64,000 nt of DNA from an uncultured Clostridia bacterium (GTDB lineage Bacteria; Bacillota; Clostridia; TANB77; CAG-508). The notes under the pieces were generated by a model. It did no database searches and was not told the origin of the DNA. It worked only from the letters and a program-made list of their open reading frames with translations. The position numbers and the translations under genes were made by a program. The stretch's first letter is position 1. The number at the start of each line of letters is the position of its first letter. This document shows, one piece after another, positions 38,820-49,790 of this stretch. The stretch spans positions 2,328 through 66,327 of the forward strand of contig CANQHI010000003.1 of assembly GCA_947623725.1 (NCBI GenBank), written 5' to 3'.

Positions 38820-40397
38820 TTATTTTTTTATAACATTTTTTATTTTTTGTATATATTTTTTTACATTAATCTTATTTAATTCCATTGAGGCAATTGGAAT
38901 AAGTACTATTATATATGGTATTATATATCTAGATTTTGCTTCCCACAATATGTGAAATAAAAATCCTCCTATAAATATTGTTAGTAATAATATTACCTCA
39001 TTTGATAATTTTTTTCTATTTTGTAATAAGGCTACAATTGTACATCCAAATATTATAAATACTAATGCTTTTTGATATAATCTTATAATTTCTGTTTCAG
39101 TTTGATTTTCTAATCCTTCATCTTCATCATATACTTTATTATAAAATGTTGAGGCATACGTATTTTCTGCCCACATTGAACATATTTTCTTTGTATAAAA
39201 TTCTACCGCATCTTTAGGATTATGCAAAAAATAACTCACTCTCTCTTTTAATCCATCTTTAAATTCTTGATTTGCCTGTTCGTAATTGGTAAATGATGAT
39301 TTAGCATAATCATATCTATACCATCCAGGGCCAAGAGCTGATTCACTCATTCCCATATATAAAAATCCAGTTAATTGGAACGACTTATTACTACTTAAAT
39401 TTAGTTTTTTACAATAATAATTTTCTATTATACTTGTTGGTACAAATGTTATTACACAAAAGCATAACATTACTACTATTCTTTTTATTATTTCCTTCAT
39501 ATTAATATTTTTTGCATCTTTGCTTTCATTATCAGCATAACTACTTTTATCTATTAAATTTAAAAATAAATAAATTAATATTGCTAAAATAAATATTAAA
39601 TAATTCATTCTGAGCATATATGCTAAGCAACAACATAATGCTGAGCTTAATGCAAAATACCATTTTTTGCTAGAAGCATATTTCATAATGAAATAAACTC
39701 CTAACATTGAAAATCCGAGTCCTAATATATCTCCATAAACAAATGTTATAAGATATATTAAACTAACAAATGTTCCTGTCAGTATAATCGCTAGATATTT
39801 ATTTATATTATATTTTTTAGAAAATTCTTTACATATAAAAACAATTGAGAATAGAGTTAAAAAATTTCCTAACACATTAAATACTTCAATTAGCACAAAT
39901 TTATCTGTGTTAAATATTCTAAATAATATTTGCCACACAAATGCAAGAGTTAATTGTTGTTTATATCTTTCAGCATATTCTCTATTTGTCGACTCTCCAT
40001 CAAACATTTTCCCGTTATTAATTTCTTGTTCTATTGTACCATTTTTCATCGCAACTGCAAAAATATAAGTATTTGATTGATCTGCTTGAGGTTCTATCTC
40101 TTGTTTTGCACATATAAATACAACTTGTACAACTAAATATATAAAAAGAAATATTCCAAATAAAATTTGCTTAGCTCTTATTTTTATTTGTTTTCCCTTT
40201 AATATACTGCAAACTAAATATATTGCTACAGCAACTAATACTGTTGCTAATAATGATATAAAACTATTTAAGCCTACAGAAATAAATTCATCTCTAGAAA
40301 GTTTTGCAGTAAAGATAATATTTGCCAAAAGTACAATAAATACCATTACTAACCCTATTATTAATATTACCCTTTTTATAAATTTAAGCATTTTCAT
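38820..40397 (-). CDS. GT-C-fold polytopic glycosyltransferase (ArnT/PMT_2-like), paralogue 1
   Basis: 525 aa with about 11-13 TM helices. Acidic first loop (EPQADQSNTYIF), YKQQLTLAFVW and GDILGLGFSMLGVYFIMKY. The C-terminus is nearly identical to the other two paralogues. Confidence 0.65.
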   Translation of the reverse strand: MKMLKFIKRVILIIGLVMVFIVLLANIIFTAKLSRDEFISVGLNSFISLLATVLVAVAIYLVCSILKGKQIKIRAKQILFGIFLFIYLVVQVVFICAKQEIEPQADQSNTYIFAVAMKNGTIEQEINNGKMFDGESTNREYAERYKQQLTLAFVWQILFRIFNTDKFVLIEVFNVLGNFLTLFSIVFICKEFSKKYNINKYLAIILTGTFVSLIYLITFVYGDILGLGFSMLGVYFIMKYASSKKWYFALSSALCCCLAYMLRMNYLIFILAILIYLFLNLIDKSSYADNESKDAKNINMKEIIKRIVVMLCFCVITFVPTSIIENYYCKKLNLSSNKSFQLTGFLYMGMSESALGPGWYRYDYAKSSFTNYEQANQEFKDGLKERVSYFLHNPKDAVEFYTKKICSMWAENTYASTFYNKVYDEDEGLENQTETEIIRLYQKALVFIIFGCTIVALLQNRKKLSNEVILLLTIFIGGFLFHILWEAKSRYIIPYIIVLIPIASMELNKINVKKYIQKIKNVIKK

Positions 40398-42028
40398 TCC
40401 TCTTCTTTATATTTTTTAAAAGTTTTTCAAATTTTTGTTTATTCATTTTTATTTCAAGTGAAGCAATTGGAATAAGTGGTACTATATATGGAATTACATA
40501 TCTAGATTTTGCCTCCCACAATACATGAAATAAAAATCCACCTATAAATATTGTTAATAACAATAATATTTCATTTGATAAATTTTTTCTATTTTGTATT
40601 ATAACAAAAACACTACACCCAAAAATCAATAAAATTAATGCTTTTTGATAGAATAAAACTATACGATTTTCATTTTTGCTTGCATCATTATATTCTATAT
40701 AATTTCTTTCAATATCATAATTTATATTTTCTAATGCTACATTCATTTGTATCCCAGTATATGTATTTTCTGTCCACATCGATGCTATTTTCTTAAAATA
40801 AAATTCCAATGCATATTTTGGATTATGAAAAAATGTACTTAATCTTTCATTTATTCCATCTCTATATTGTTCTTTAGCTTTTTCATAATCTTTATATGAA
40901 TATTGTGTATATTCTTCATTATACCATCCGAGGTGAATATGCTGCTTCGCTCATTCCCATATATAAATATCCTGTTAATATAAATGGTTTATTTTTGTCT
41001 AATCCCATTTTATTGCAATAATATGTTTTTATTATACTTGAAGGTACAAGCACTATTCCTAAAAACACTATCATAACTATTATTTTTGTAATAATTTTAT
41101 TAATAGTATCTTTATTTCTTTTATATGTTCCTATTATTTTTTCCCCATTATTTATTTCTTGAGATACTTGTCCTTTTTTATAATTATTTTTATCTATCAA
41201 ATCTAAAAATAAATAAATTAATATTGCTAATACAAATATTACATAATTCATTCTAAGTAAATATGCCATTGACATTAATAAGCTAGATAATAATGCAAAT
41301 CTTATTTTCTTTTCCGATACATATTTCATTATAAAGTATATACCCATCATTGAAAATCCTAAACCTAGTGCATCACCATATATAAATGTTACTAAATAAA
41401 TTAAACTCACAAAGGTGCAACTTATTATGAATCCTAAATATGAATTTACCTTATATTTTTTTGATAACTCTTTACATATAAGAATTATTGATGATATTGT
41501 TAAAATATTTCCAAATAAATTAAAAAATCTAATAATTATATAATTTGAATTGTTAAATATTTTAAATAATATGTTCCAAACAAAAGCAAGTGTTAACTGT
41601 TGCTGGTATCTTTCAAAATATTGTCCATTTTTGGCATCATTTACAATAGCTTTTTCTTCCGAGGCAATATCGTCTAATTCATTGTTATGCATTGCTATTG
41701 CAAGCCTATAAACACTCAATTGATCATATACAGGAGATCTATTAGCTTTTACATTTATATAAAAAATATTTACACCAATGTATATAATAATAAGTAATCC
41801 ATAAAAAATATATTTTCCTTTTACAAGCTTTTTATCTAAAAATTTTCCAAATACATATATAACAATTGCTACTAATACAGAAGAAAATATAAAAGCAATA
41901 CTATTAGGTTTTACCTTTACCCATTCATTTATTTGCATATCTCCTGTTACAAATATATTTAATATAAATACTATTAACAATGATATTATTCCAACTATGA
42001 ATATAATTTTCTTTATTAATTCTTTCAT
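40384..42028 (-). pseudogene. GT-C-fold glycosyltransferase paralogue 2, split by a +1 frameshift near 40930
   Basis: ORFs 40919-42028 (369 aa, N-terminal part) and 40384-40809 (141 aa, C-terminal part) together align along the length of paralogue 1. The minus strand reads tca cct c gga tgg tat aat gaa. Removing the single c (plus-strand G at 40930) restores SPGWYNEEYTQYSYKDYEKAKEQYRDGINERLSTFFHNPKYALEFYFKK, matching GPGWYRYDYAKSS...HNPKDAVEFYTKK in paralogue 1. Confidence 0.8.
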
Positions 42029-42077
42029 TTGTTAGTCCTTTTTTATTCTTTAGATTTTTATATTATTTTTAACTTTT

Positions 42078-43016
42078 TTATTTTATATTAATTTTTTTAT
42101 CAATTATATATTCTGGTCTATGTCTTACCTCATCATAAATTCTTGCAATATACTCACCTATCATATAAAGAGAAATTAATATAACTCCTCCTAAAAAAGT
42201 TGTTACACACATTATTGAAGTCCAGCCTGGAATTAAGTTGTTCCATTTCAAAGCAAACGATAAGATAGAATAAATAAGTATAAGTATTGATACAATTACT
42301 GAAAAGATCCCAAGTCCTCCAACAAGTTTAAGTGGTTTTGTTGAAAAACTCATTATTCCATCTGATGCTAGCTTCATCATTTTCTTAAATGGATATTTTG
42401 TTTTACCTGCTAATCTTTCTTTTCTTTCATATTCATAAGCATATTGTTTAAATCCTACCCAACTAAATAGTCCTCTTAAAAATTTATTATGTTCAGGAAG
42501 AGTATTTATAACATCAACAACTTTTTTATCTACTAATCTAAAGTCACCAGTGTTTTTTGGAATTTCTATATCACTTAGTTTATTGATTGTTGCATAAAAA
42601 GCTTTTGCTGTAAATAGCTTAAATGCTGATTCCCCTTCTCTTGATTTTCTTTTTCCATAAATTACTTCATAACCTTCTTCCCATTTTTTTAACATATCTG
42701 GAATAAGTTCAGGAGGATCTTGTAAATCTGCATCCATTATAACAATTGCATCTCCTGTTACAAATTTCAATCCTGCAGTCACTGCTGCTTGATGTCCAAA
42801 GTTTCTAGAAAATGATATAACTTTAACATTCTTATCTTCCTTAGCAATTTTTTCTAATATTTCTTGAGTTCTATCTTGTGAACCATCATTTATAAAAATT
42901 ATTTCGTATTCATAATTATCTTTTAAGTTCTCTAATACTTCAGATACTCTTTTATAACAATCCTCTGCTACTTCTTCTTCATAATACATTGGTATAACAA
43001 GTGATATTTTTTTCAT
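42078..43016 (-). CDS. GtrB/CsbB-like GT2 polyprenol-phosphate glycosyltransferase, second copy
   Basis: LVIPMYYEEEV, INDGSQDRT, MDADLQDPPELI and two C-terminal TM helices. Confidence 0.85.
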   Translation of the reverse strand: MKKISLVIPMYYEEEVAEDCYKRVSEVLENLKDNYEYEIIFINDGSQDRTQEILEKIAKEDKNVKVISFSRNFGHQAAVTAGLKFVTGDAIVIMDADLQDPPELIPDMLKKWEEGYEVIYGKRKSREGESAFKLFTAKAFYATINKLSDIEIPKNTGDFRLVDKKVVDVINTLPEHNKFLRGLFSWVGFKQYAYEYERKERLAGKTKYPFKKMMKLASDGIMSFSTKPLKLVGGLGIFSVIVSILILIYSILSFALKWNNLIPGWTSIMCVTTFLGGVILISLYMIGEYIARIYDEVRHRPEYIIDKKINIK

Positions 43017-43048
43017 TTTTATTTGCCTTTCTATTTTATCTTTCTATT

Positions 43049-44641
43049 TTAGTCATTTGATTTTTCCTTTTTTAACTCATTTTTATTATTTTTCTTATTT
43101 TTAAATTTTATCTTTATTAACTCTGTATTCATTGATGCAATTGGTATTAATACTACAATATATGGTATTATATATCTAGATTTAGTTTCCCATAATATAT
43201 GAAATAGAAATCCACCTATAAAAATTACTAATAAAAGAACAACTTCATTAGATAAATTCTTTCTATTCTTAATAAGAAATATTGCACTACTTATAAATAT
43301 TAATAACACTACACCTTTTTGAATTACCTTTATTATATCTTCATTATTTAATACTTGTTCATCTTTACCAATATCTTTTTCTAAAGTCTCATCAGAAAAA
43401 TTAAAGGTTTGATTATGCCAAATTGCTGAATATGAATTTTCTGCCCAAGTTGAAATTATTTTTCTTGCATAAAAATCTAAAATTTCCATTGGATTATTTT
43501 TAAAATATTCTAATCTATTTAGTATTATTTGTTTATAAATTTCAATCTTTTGTTTCTCACCGCAATCATTAATTTTAAACATATCGTCATCATACCAACC
43601 GGCTTCTCTATCACTCTCCGATATTCCCATAGCAAGATAACCTATAACAGGAAATTTAGTTCCTGTATCTATGTTATATTTACTTATCATAATGTTTTTA
43701 ACTAAACTATTTGGAGTAAATATAATTATTAAAAATAATAATATAAATCCTACTTTATCAAAAATCTTTAATAATCCTTTTTTTAAATCATTTTTTAGAT
43801 TATATTTTTGCTTTAATATATCAAGTAATAAATAAACTAGAATTGCAATTATAATTATCAAATTATTCATTCTAAACATATAGCCAAAGCACATTAGTAT
43901 TGCTGAAAAACTCAAATATTTTCTTTTATTTTCTAATGAATATCGCATTATATAATATATACTAAATAATGCAAATGATAATCCTATTTCATCGCCATAT
44001 ATAAATGTTGATAGCATTGGAATAGCAATAAAACCACAAAACAATAATATTGCAAGCGGATTATTAGATGATTTTTTATTTTCACCTTTATTTTTACCTA
44101 AATAATCTGTTATTAAATATATAGCAAGCAAACTTAATGTATTTGCTAAAGCATTTGCTAATTTAACTATTATTATACTATTAATTCTAATAATATTAAA
44201 CAACAAATTAAACATAAATGCTAAAGTAAGTTGCTGTGGATATACTCCAAAATAATCCGGAGCACTTATTTCCTTCATATTACTATCATAAAGCTCACTT
44301 GCTCCACCATACACATATCTTTGATCTGCAACTGGTGATGAATTTCTATAAATTATCCATATTATTTGTATAATATAAAATGCTATAAGTACCAATATTA
44401 GCATTCTCTTCTTTAATTTCTTATTGTCAATTTTTTGAATATTAATACTTAAATAATACATAAATATAGCTATTATTATTGATACAATTAATTTTAATAT
44501 ACTATTAGTTGTTATACTTATATTTTCATTTATATTATTTGAAATACTTGCTGTAAAAAATAAATTACTAAGTATAACTGTAAAAAGTATTATAATTCCA
44601 ATATAAAAAATAATCTTTTTTAATAAATTTCCAACTTTCAT
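43049..44641 (-). CDS. GT-C-fold polytopic glycosyltransferase (ArnT/PMT_2-like), paralogue 3
   Basis: 530 aa. PVADQRYVYGG first loop, YPQQLTLAFMF, GDEIGLSFALFSIYYIMRY and the conserved C-terminus LSNEVVLLLVIFIGGFLFHILWETKSRYIIPYIVVLIPIAS. Confidence 0.65.
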   Translation of the reverse strand: MKVGNLLKKIIFYIGIIILFTVILSNLFFTASISNNINENISITTNSILKLIVSIIIAIFMYYLSINIQKIDNKKLKKRMLILVLIAFYIIQIIWIIYRNSSPVADQRYVYGGASELYDSNMKEISAPDYFGVYPQQLTLAFMFNLLFNIIRINSIIIVKLANALANTLSLLAIYLITDYLGKNKGENKKSSNNPLAILLFCGFIAIPMLSTFIYGDEIGLSFALFSIYYIMRYSLENKRKYLSFSAILMCFGYMFRMNNLIIIIAILVYLLLDILKQKYNLKNDLKKGLLKIFDKVGFILLFLIIIFTPNSLVKNIMISKYNIDTGTKFPVIGYLAMGISESDREAGWYDDDMFKINDCGEKQKIEIYKQIILNRLEYFKNNPMEILDFYARKIISTWAENSYSAIWHNQTFNFSDETLEKDIGKDEQVLNNEDIIKVIQKGVVLLIFISSAIFLIKNRKNLSNEVVLLLVIFIGGFLFHILWETKSRYIIPYIVVLIPIASMNTELIKIKFKNKKNNKNELKKEKSND

Positions 44642-44696
44642 TTTTTACCCCTATAATTTTCTTTAGTATTTTATACTCATAGAAAATCATATTGAA

Positions 44697-46958
44697 TTAA
44701 ACAATATGCTTTATTAATTTAATTACCCCTATTTTTTGTAAGAATCTGATAAATACTCTGTATGGACCAAATTTCCACATTGTATCTTTAAACAATTCTC
44801 TTCTATAATTTACTATTTTATATCCCATTTTTTCACAATATTGCATACATTCCCATGAATATTTCGCTTCCATTTCTAAGAATGTTTTTGTAATTAAATC
44901 TTTACATAAATCTTTTTGTTTCTCTAAATCTTTACCATTTTCTATTTTTTCTTTATTAGGATTCTTCTTTACTTCTTCAAATATTTTCGTCATGTTTTCA
45001 GTCATTTTATCTAAAGTAAATCCATTTAAAATTTTCTTTCTAGAATTTTCTTTATATTTATCTAAATCTTTAATAATTTTATTTATTGCTGATACATATT
45101 CATCGATTTCTTCTTGTTCATAATTAAAATCTAAAATTTCACTTTCTTCTTGTTTGCATTGAACAGTTATTCCTACTTCTTCATCAATTAATTCTTTTTG
45201 CCCTCCTACATCACTTGATATAACAGGCACTCCCATCGAAAGTGATTCATAAGATGTTAGTGCTAAACCTTCTTTTATTGAACAATTAATCGTCATGTCA
45301 CTAATTTTGTAAATTTCTTGAGTAGCTTCATTATTTCCTAAAAACATTATGCAATCATTTATTCCTAACTTTTTAGCTTTTGACTTCATCTTATTTAATA
45401 AATTTCCATCGCCAACTATTAAAAACACAAAATCATTTCTCTGCTCTTTTAATTTTTTTATAATTTGCAATAATAAAAATGGCCTTTTTTGTTCAGTAAT
45501 TCTGCATATATAACTTATTATATATTTATTTTCAGGAATCTTATATTTTTCCATTAACTCATCTTTATTATATTTTTCAGGATCAAACTCTTTTTCATCA
45601 ACACCTATATAAACTGTTTGTATCTCATCAGGATTTCTTTTAAAATAATCTATTAATACTTTTTTACTATTTTCATTACAAGTTAAAGTTTTATCTATTA
45701 CAGATGATACACCACTTGAATCTCTTGAATATCCACCATTTCTATTATACCACTCTTCCATATGCACATAGTCTATTATAGGAAGCTCATTATGTTTAGC
45801 TTTAATTAATGGTAAAAATGCATATCCAATTTCACTATTACTATTAAATACAATATCAATATTATTTTTATCAATAATATAATCTATAAATGCAAACCAA
45901 TATTTTTGATCTAAGAATGATGTTAAATCATACACCGTGCAATAATTTTCAAAAGTTTGTCTATATGTATTTATGGTTGGTTCTGTTAAAATCATTGTAA
46001 CATCAAATTTATCTTTATCTAATCTTTTTACTAAATCAAGATTAAATTTATCTGCTCCGCCTGTAATCATCCATGGAACTATCATTAATATTTTCGTTTT
46101 ATCTTTATCATTTTCATTTTTTAATTTTGGTATTGTTTCGACTTTTTCAACAATTTGATCCCAGTCATAGTCAAACTTTGGATATTGAATTGCTTCTACT
46201 TTTTTAGTTATCCCTTTTCCTGTTTCCCTAACTATCTTTAATGCTCTTTTTTTATTTTCCCTTGCTTTTGCAAGTTCTCCAGAATTTCCTTTTCTTCTAT
46301 ACCATATTTGATAATAACTTATTTTAACAGGGAACTTTCCTTTTGCTATAAGTTTTAGCCAAAAATTCCAATCTTCAAATACTGCTTTTTCTTTAAGCCC
46401 CATTCCGCCTACTTCAAGATAGGCTTCTTTTCTTATTAATGATGCAGTAACTAAATCATTTCTTTTTTTCATTTTATCGGAATCAAAATATTTATTCCAA
46501 GTATATTCTAAAGCATCAAATCCAATAGAATCAGAGTATGCCCATGCTGCATCTTTATTAGTTTCTAATGCCCAGAAAAAGCATTCTAAACTAGTAGGCT
46601 CTAGCAAATCATCAGAATCTAAAATACATACATATTTAGATCTTTCATCCATTTTGCTTACGCCAAAATCTCTTGTAGCAGATAATCCCTCATTTTCTTT
46701 ATGAAATACTTTTATTCTATCATCTAATTTACTTACTTCTTCTAACTTTTTTAAACTCTCTTTATCAGTTGATCCATCATCTAATATCAAAATTTCGTAA
46801 TCTGTAAAAGTTTGATTTAATACAGATGTAACTGATTGCTCAATATAATCCTTATCATTATGAAAAGGCATTATTATTGATATTAAAGGTTCATAGCTTT
46901 CTGTTTTTTTATATATTTTTTTTATCTTACCTGGTTCTTTTGAAAAATCAAAATCCAT
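44697..46958 (-). CDS. bifunctional glycosyltransferase (N-terminal GT2, C-terminal GT4/GT-B)
   Basis: ISIIMPFHNDKDYI...ILILDDGSTD...ILDSDD, then EGLALTSYESLSMGVPVISSDVGGQKELI. Confidence 0.8.
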   Translation of the reverse strand: MDFDFSKEPGKIKKIYKKTESYEPLISIIMPFHNDKDYIEQSVTSVLNQTFTDYEILILDDGSTDKESLKKLEEVSKLDDRIKVFHKENEGLSATRDFGVSKMDERSKYVCILDSDDLLEPTSLECFFWALETNKDAAWAYSDSIGFDALEYTWNKYFDSDKMKKRNDLVTASLIRKEAYLEVGGMGLKEKAVFEDWNFWLKLIAKGKFPVKISYYQIWYRRKGNSGELAKARENKKRALKIVRETGKGITKKVEAIQYPKFDYDWDQIVEKVETIPKLKNENDKDKTKILMIVPWMITGGADKFNLDLVKRLDKDKFDVTMILTEPTINTYRQTFENYCTVYDLTSFLDQKYWFAFIDYIIDKNNIDIVFNSNSEIGYAFLPLIKAKHNELPIIDYVHMEEWYNRNGGYSRDSSGVSSVIDKTLTCNENSKKVLIDYFKRNPDEIQTVYIGVDEKEFDPEKYNKDELMEKYKIPENKYIISYICRITEQKRPFLLLQIIKKLKEQRNDFVFLIVGDGNLLNKMKSKAKKLGINDCIMFLGNNEATQEIYKISDMTINCSIKEGLALTSYESLSMGVPVISSDVGGQKELIDEEVGITVQCKQEESEILDFNYEQEEIDEYVSAINKIIKDLDKYKENSRKKILNGFTLDKMTENMTKIFEEVKKNPNKEKIENGKDLEKQKDLCKDLITKTFLEMEAKYSWECMQYCEKMGYKIVNYRRELFKDTMWKFGPYRVFIRFLQKIGVIKLIKHIV

Positions 46959-47054
46959 TAGTAATCCTCCCTAAGTATTATTTTTCTATTATATCATTAC
47001 GTCAATTTAAACCAAAATGTAAAGATATTTATATTTCTTTTGCTCTTATTAAAC

Positions 47055-47828
47055 TTATAATTCTTCTGCAAATCTTTTTTGTAGTTTATTAAATATCATA
47101 TATCCTATTACTATTACCACTAGCCCAATTCCAATAATTCCAAATATTTCTTGTAAATTAGGCATTTGTTTGTAATAAAAGATATCTCTATATCCTTCTA
47201 TGATATATGTCATTGGATTAAGTTTTAATATCCATCTAAATTGTTCTGGTATTGTTTCTAATGAATAAACAATTGGAGTTCCATAGAACAATAACTGTAA
47301 AAACACTCCTATGAAATGCTGTAAGTCTCTAAAATATACAGTTATACTTGATACAATAAACGATATACCTATTAGCAAAACATATTGTGCAAGCAATAAT
47401 AATGGATAAAATAAAATATGTGCACTAATTCCGACTCCTGTTGCAACAACAAATCCTATTATTATCAAAGTAGAAATCATAAAAGTTATTGCTTCACTTG
47501 TAACTATAGATATTGGTAAGATTTCTCGTGGAAAGTATACTTTTTTTAATATATTTCCATTTTCAATCATTACGAAAGAGCTTCTGTTTATTACTGTTGA
47601 AAAGAATGTCCATGGAATTAAACCACATACCATAAATACTGTATAGTTTTCCATTTTGTTTCTCATAATTAATGGGAAAACAATTGCATATACACATATT
47701 TGAAGTAGTGGATTAATAAATGACCATATTACTCCTAAAAAAGAGTTTTTATATTTTCCACCTACATCTTTTTTTATACTTGTTTTTAATAATTCTCTAT
47801 ATTGATATAATCTTTTAAAAATACTCAT
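47055..47828 (-). CDS. ABC-2-type polysaccharide/teichoic-acid export permease (TagG/Wzm-like)
   Basis: 257 aa with six TM helices. The N-terminal YRELLKTSIKKDVGGKYKNSFLGVIWSFINPLL is typical of the family. Confidence 0.85.
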   Translation of the reverse strand: MSIFKRLYQYRELLKTSIKKDVGGKYKNSFLGVIWSFINPLLQICVYAIVFPLIMRNKMENYTVFMVCGLIPWTFFSTVINRSSFVMIENGNILKKVYFPREILPISIVTSEAITFMISTLIIIGFVVATGVGISAHILFYPLLLLAQYVLLIGISFIVSSITVYFRDLQHFIGVFLQLLFYGTPIVYSLETIPEQFRWILKLNPMTYIIEGYRDIFYYKQMPNLQEIFGIIGIGLVVIVIGYMIFNKLQKRFAEEL

Positions 47829-47943
47829 CTTTCTTTCCTTTTATAATGAATTAATTTTTCATTATTAGATTTTTTACTTATTTATTACTTTTATCTTTTT
47901 CTTTGTAAATTTATTTTGTTTATTTCATAAATTTAGCTTAACT

Positions 47944-48681
47944 TTATGTTGTTTGTTTTATATATTCATCTATAACTTCATCTGTTTTTCCGTCCATTCT
48001 AATTACTCCGTTGTCAAGCCATACTGCTCTGTCACATAATTCTCTAGCAGAACTTAAATTATGAGTTACAAATACCATTGTTTTTCCTTGATTTTTAAGT
48101 TCCTTCATTTTATTTAAACATTTTTCTTGGAAATGTTGATCACCAACAGATAAGATTTCATCAACTAGTAAAATATCTGCATCAACATTAATTGCTACTG
48201 CAAAAGCTAGTCTCATATACATTCCAGAAGAATAAGTTCTAATTGGGTTATCTATATATGAACCTAATTCTGAAAAATCAATAATACTTTCAAGTCTTTT
48301 GTCTATTTCTTTTTTAGTTAATCCAAATATTGAAGCATTAAAATAAATATTTTCTCTTCCTGAAAAATCTGGGTGGAATCCTGCTCCTAATTCTAAAAGT
48401 GATGTTAGCTTTCCATTAGTAGTAACCCTTCCTTTATTAGGATAAATTATTTTTGTCATTAATTTTAATAAAGTTGATTTTCCGCTTCCATTAACTCCTA
48501 TTAAAGCTACTGCTTCACCATTTTTTACAGTAAGACTTATATCTTTTAATACTTCTCTTTTTTCTTTTCTATTTCTTTTCCAGAATAATACTTTTTCTTT
48601 TATACTATTAGCCTTATCAAGATACACATTAAATGTTTTATAAACATTCTCGACTATTATTCTATCTTCTTCTTTTTGCAT
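47944..48681 (-). CDS. ABC polysaccharide/teichoic-acid export ATP-binding protein (TagH/Wzt-like, no C-terminal extension)
   Basis: Walker A GVNGSGKST, signature YSSGMYMRLAFA, Walker B ILLVDE. Confidence 0.9.
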   Translation of the reverse strand: MQKEEDRIIVENVYKTFNVYLDKANSIKEKVLFWKRNRKEKREVLKDISLTVKNGEAVALIGVNGSGKSTLLKLMTKIIYPNKGRVTTNGKLTSLLELGAGFHPDFSGRENIYFNASIFGLTKKEIDKRLESIIDFSELGSYIDNPIRTYSSGMYMRLAFAVAINVDADILLVDEILSVGDQHFQEKCLNKMKELKNQGKTMVFVTHNLSSARELCDRAVWLDNGVIRMDGKTDEVIDEYIKQTT

Positions 48682-48754
48682 TTTACTATAATTCCTTTCT
48701 AAAGCAAAAACTTATTTTAACTTTAGCATTATTTTTTAGTCATTATAAAATAAC

Positions 48755-49684
48755 CTAATATCCTTCATCCATAAAATCATTTGCTACATGATTCTTTTTA
48801 AACTTCCTTTTAGTAGCTATACTTCCTGGTATCCATAAAATAGTAATCATTATTTTATTAAATAAGCCATGAACATTACTAATTGCTTTATCTCTTGCTG
48901 CTAAATTTGCAAATAATATATAATGCTTATAAATATACATTTTTTTACTAAATGAAACTCCCTTTAAATTCATTTGCAACAATTCTTTAAAATATTCATA
49001 ATATCCAAGAGGTGCTGTTTCAAATACTCTTTTTATATTTTTAGTATAACCATCATTTTTATAATCCCCTATGATTATTGCCTCATTTATGCAAATAATA
49101 TCATAATCTTGATCCATTTTATTATACATTCTTGCTTCTGTTACAAACTTTTCATCTGCTTCTAGTATGTGCTTGTACTTTTTTCTAATCTCAGTTTTAA
49201 AAACTAATATTTTTTCTCCTGTCATTTTTTCTCTAAAATACAAACTAAACATATCACTTCTATGCTGATCTTCTGTAAATTCTTCTCCACTAATTTTTCC
49301 TTTTTCATTTTTCTTTAAAAATGCTAATGCATAAACTGTATCATCATTTAATAATAAATCTTCATATTTTTTTATAATATCAAATGCACCTGTAGCAAAA
49401 TAATCATCTGAATCACAATCCATTACTAGGTCACCTGTTACATATTGCATTAAATTATTGATTGCACTCATTTTGCCTTGATTTTCTTGATAATGATATT
49501 CTATTTTTATTATATTTTGTTTTTTAAAATTATCAATTATTAATTTTGTTTTATCTGTTGAACCATCATCCATTATCAACCATTCATATTCAACATTTGA
49601 ATTGCTATTTACTACTAAACTTGTATATAATCTTTCTAAGTCTTCAGCTCTATTGTATGTAGCCGTTAGTATTGATATTTTCAT
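48755..49684 (-). CDS. family 2 glycosyltransferase
   Basis: ISILTATYNRAEDL, LIMDDGSTDKT and MDCDSDD. Confidence 0.8.
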   Translation of the reverse strand: MKISILTATYNRAEDLERLYTSLVVNSNSNVEYEWLIMDDGSTDKTKLIIDNFKKQNIIKIEYHYQENQGKMSAINNLMQYVTGDLVMDCDSDDYFATGAFDIIKKYEDLLLNDDTVYALAFLKKNEKGKISGEEFTEDQHRSDMFSLYFREKMTGEKILVFKTEIRKKYKHILEADEKFVTEARMYNKMDQDYDIICINEAIIIGDYKNDGYTKNIKRVFETAPLGYYEYFKELLQMNLKGVSFSKKMYIYKHYILFANLAARDKAISNVHGLFNKIMITILWIPGSIATKRKFKKNHVANDFMDEGY

Positions 49685-49750
49685 TAAGTTTATTCCTTTC
49701 TTACCTTTGCTAGTAAGCTTTTTATCATTTTACTACTTATTTTGAACTTT

Positions 49751-49786
49751 TATTTTCATATTTACATTTATTTTCATATTTACATT
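49751..49786. repeat. 18-nt tandem duplication in an intergenic spacer
   Basis: tattttcatatttacatt occurs twice in tandem (49751-49768, 49769-49786), followed by a partial third unit, between two glycosyltransferase genes. Confidence 0.85.
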
Positions 49787-49790
49787 TATT

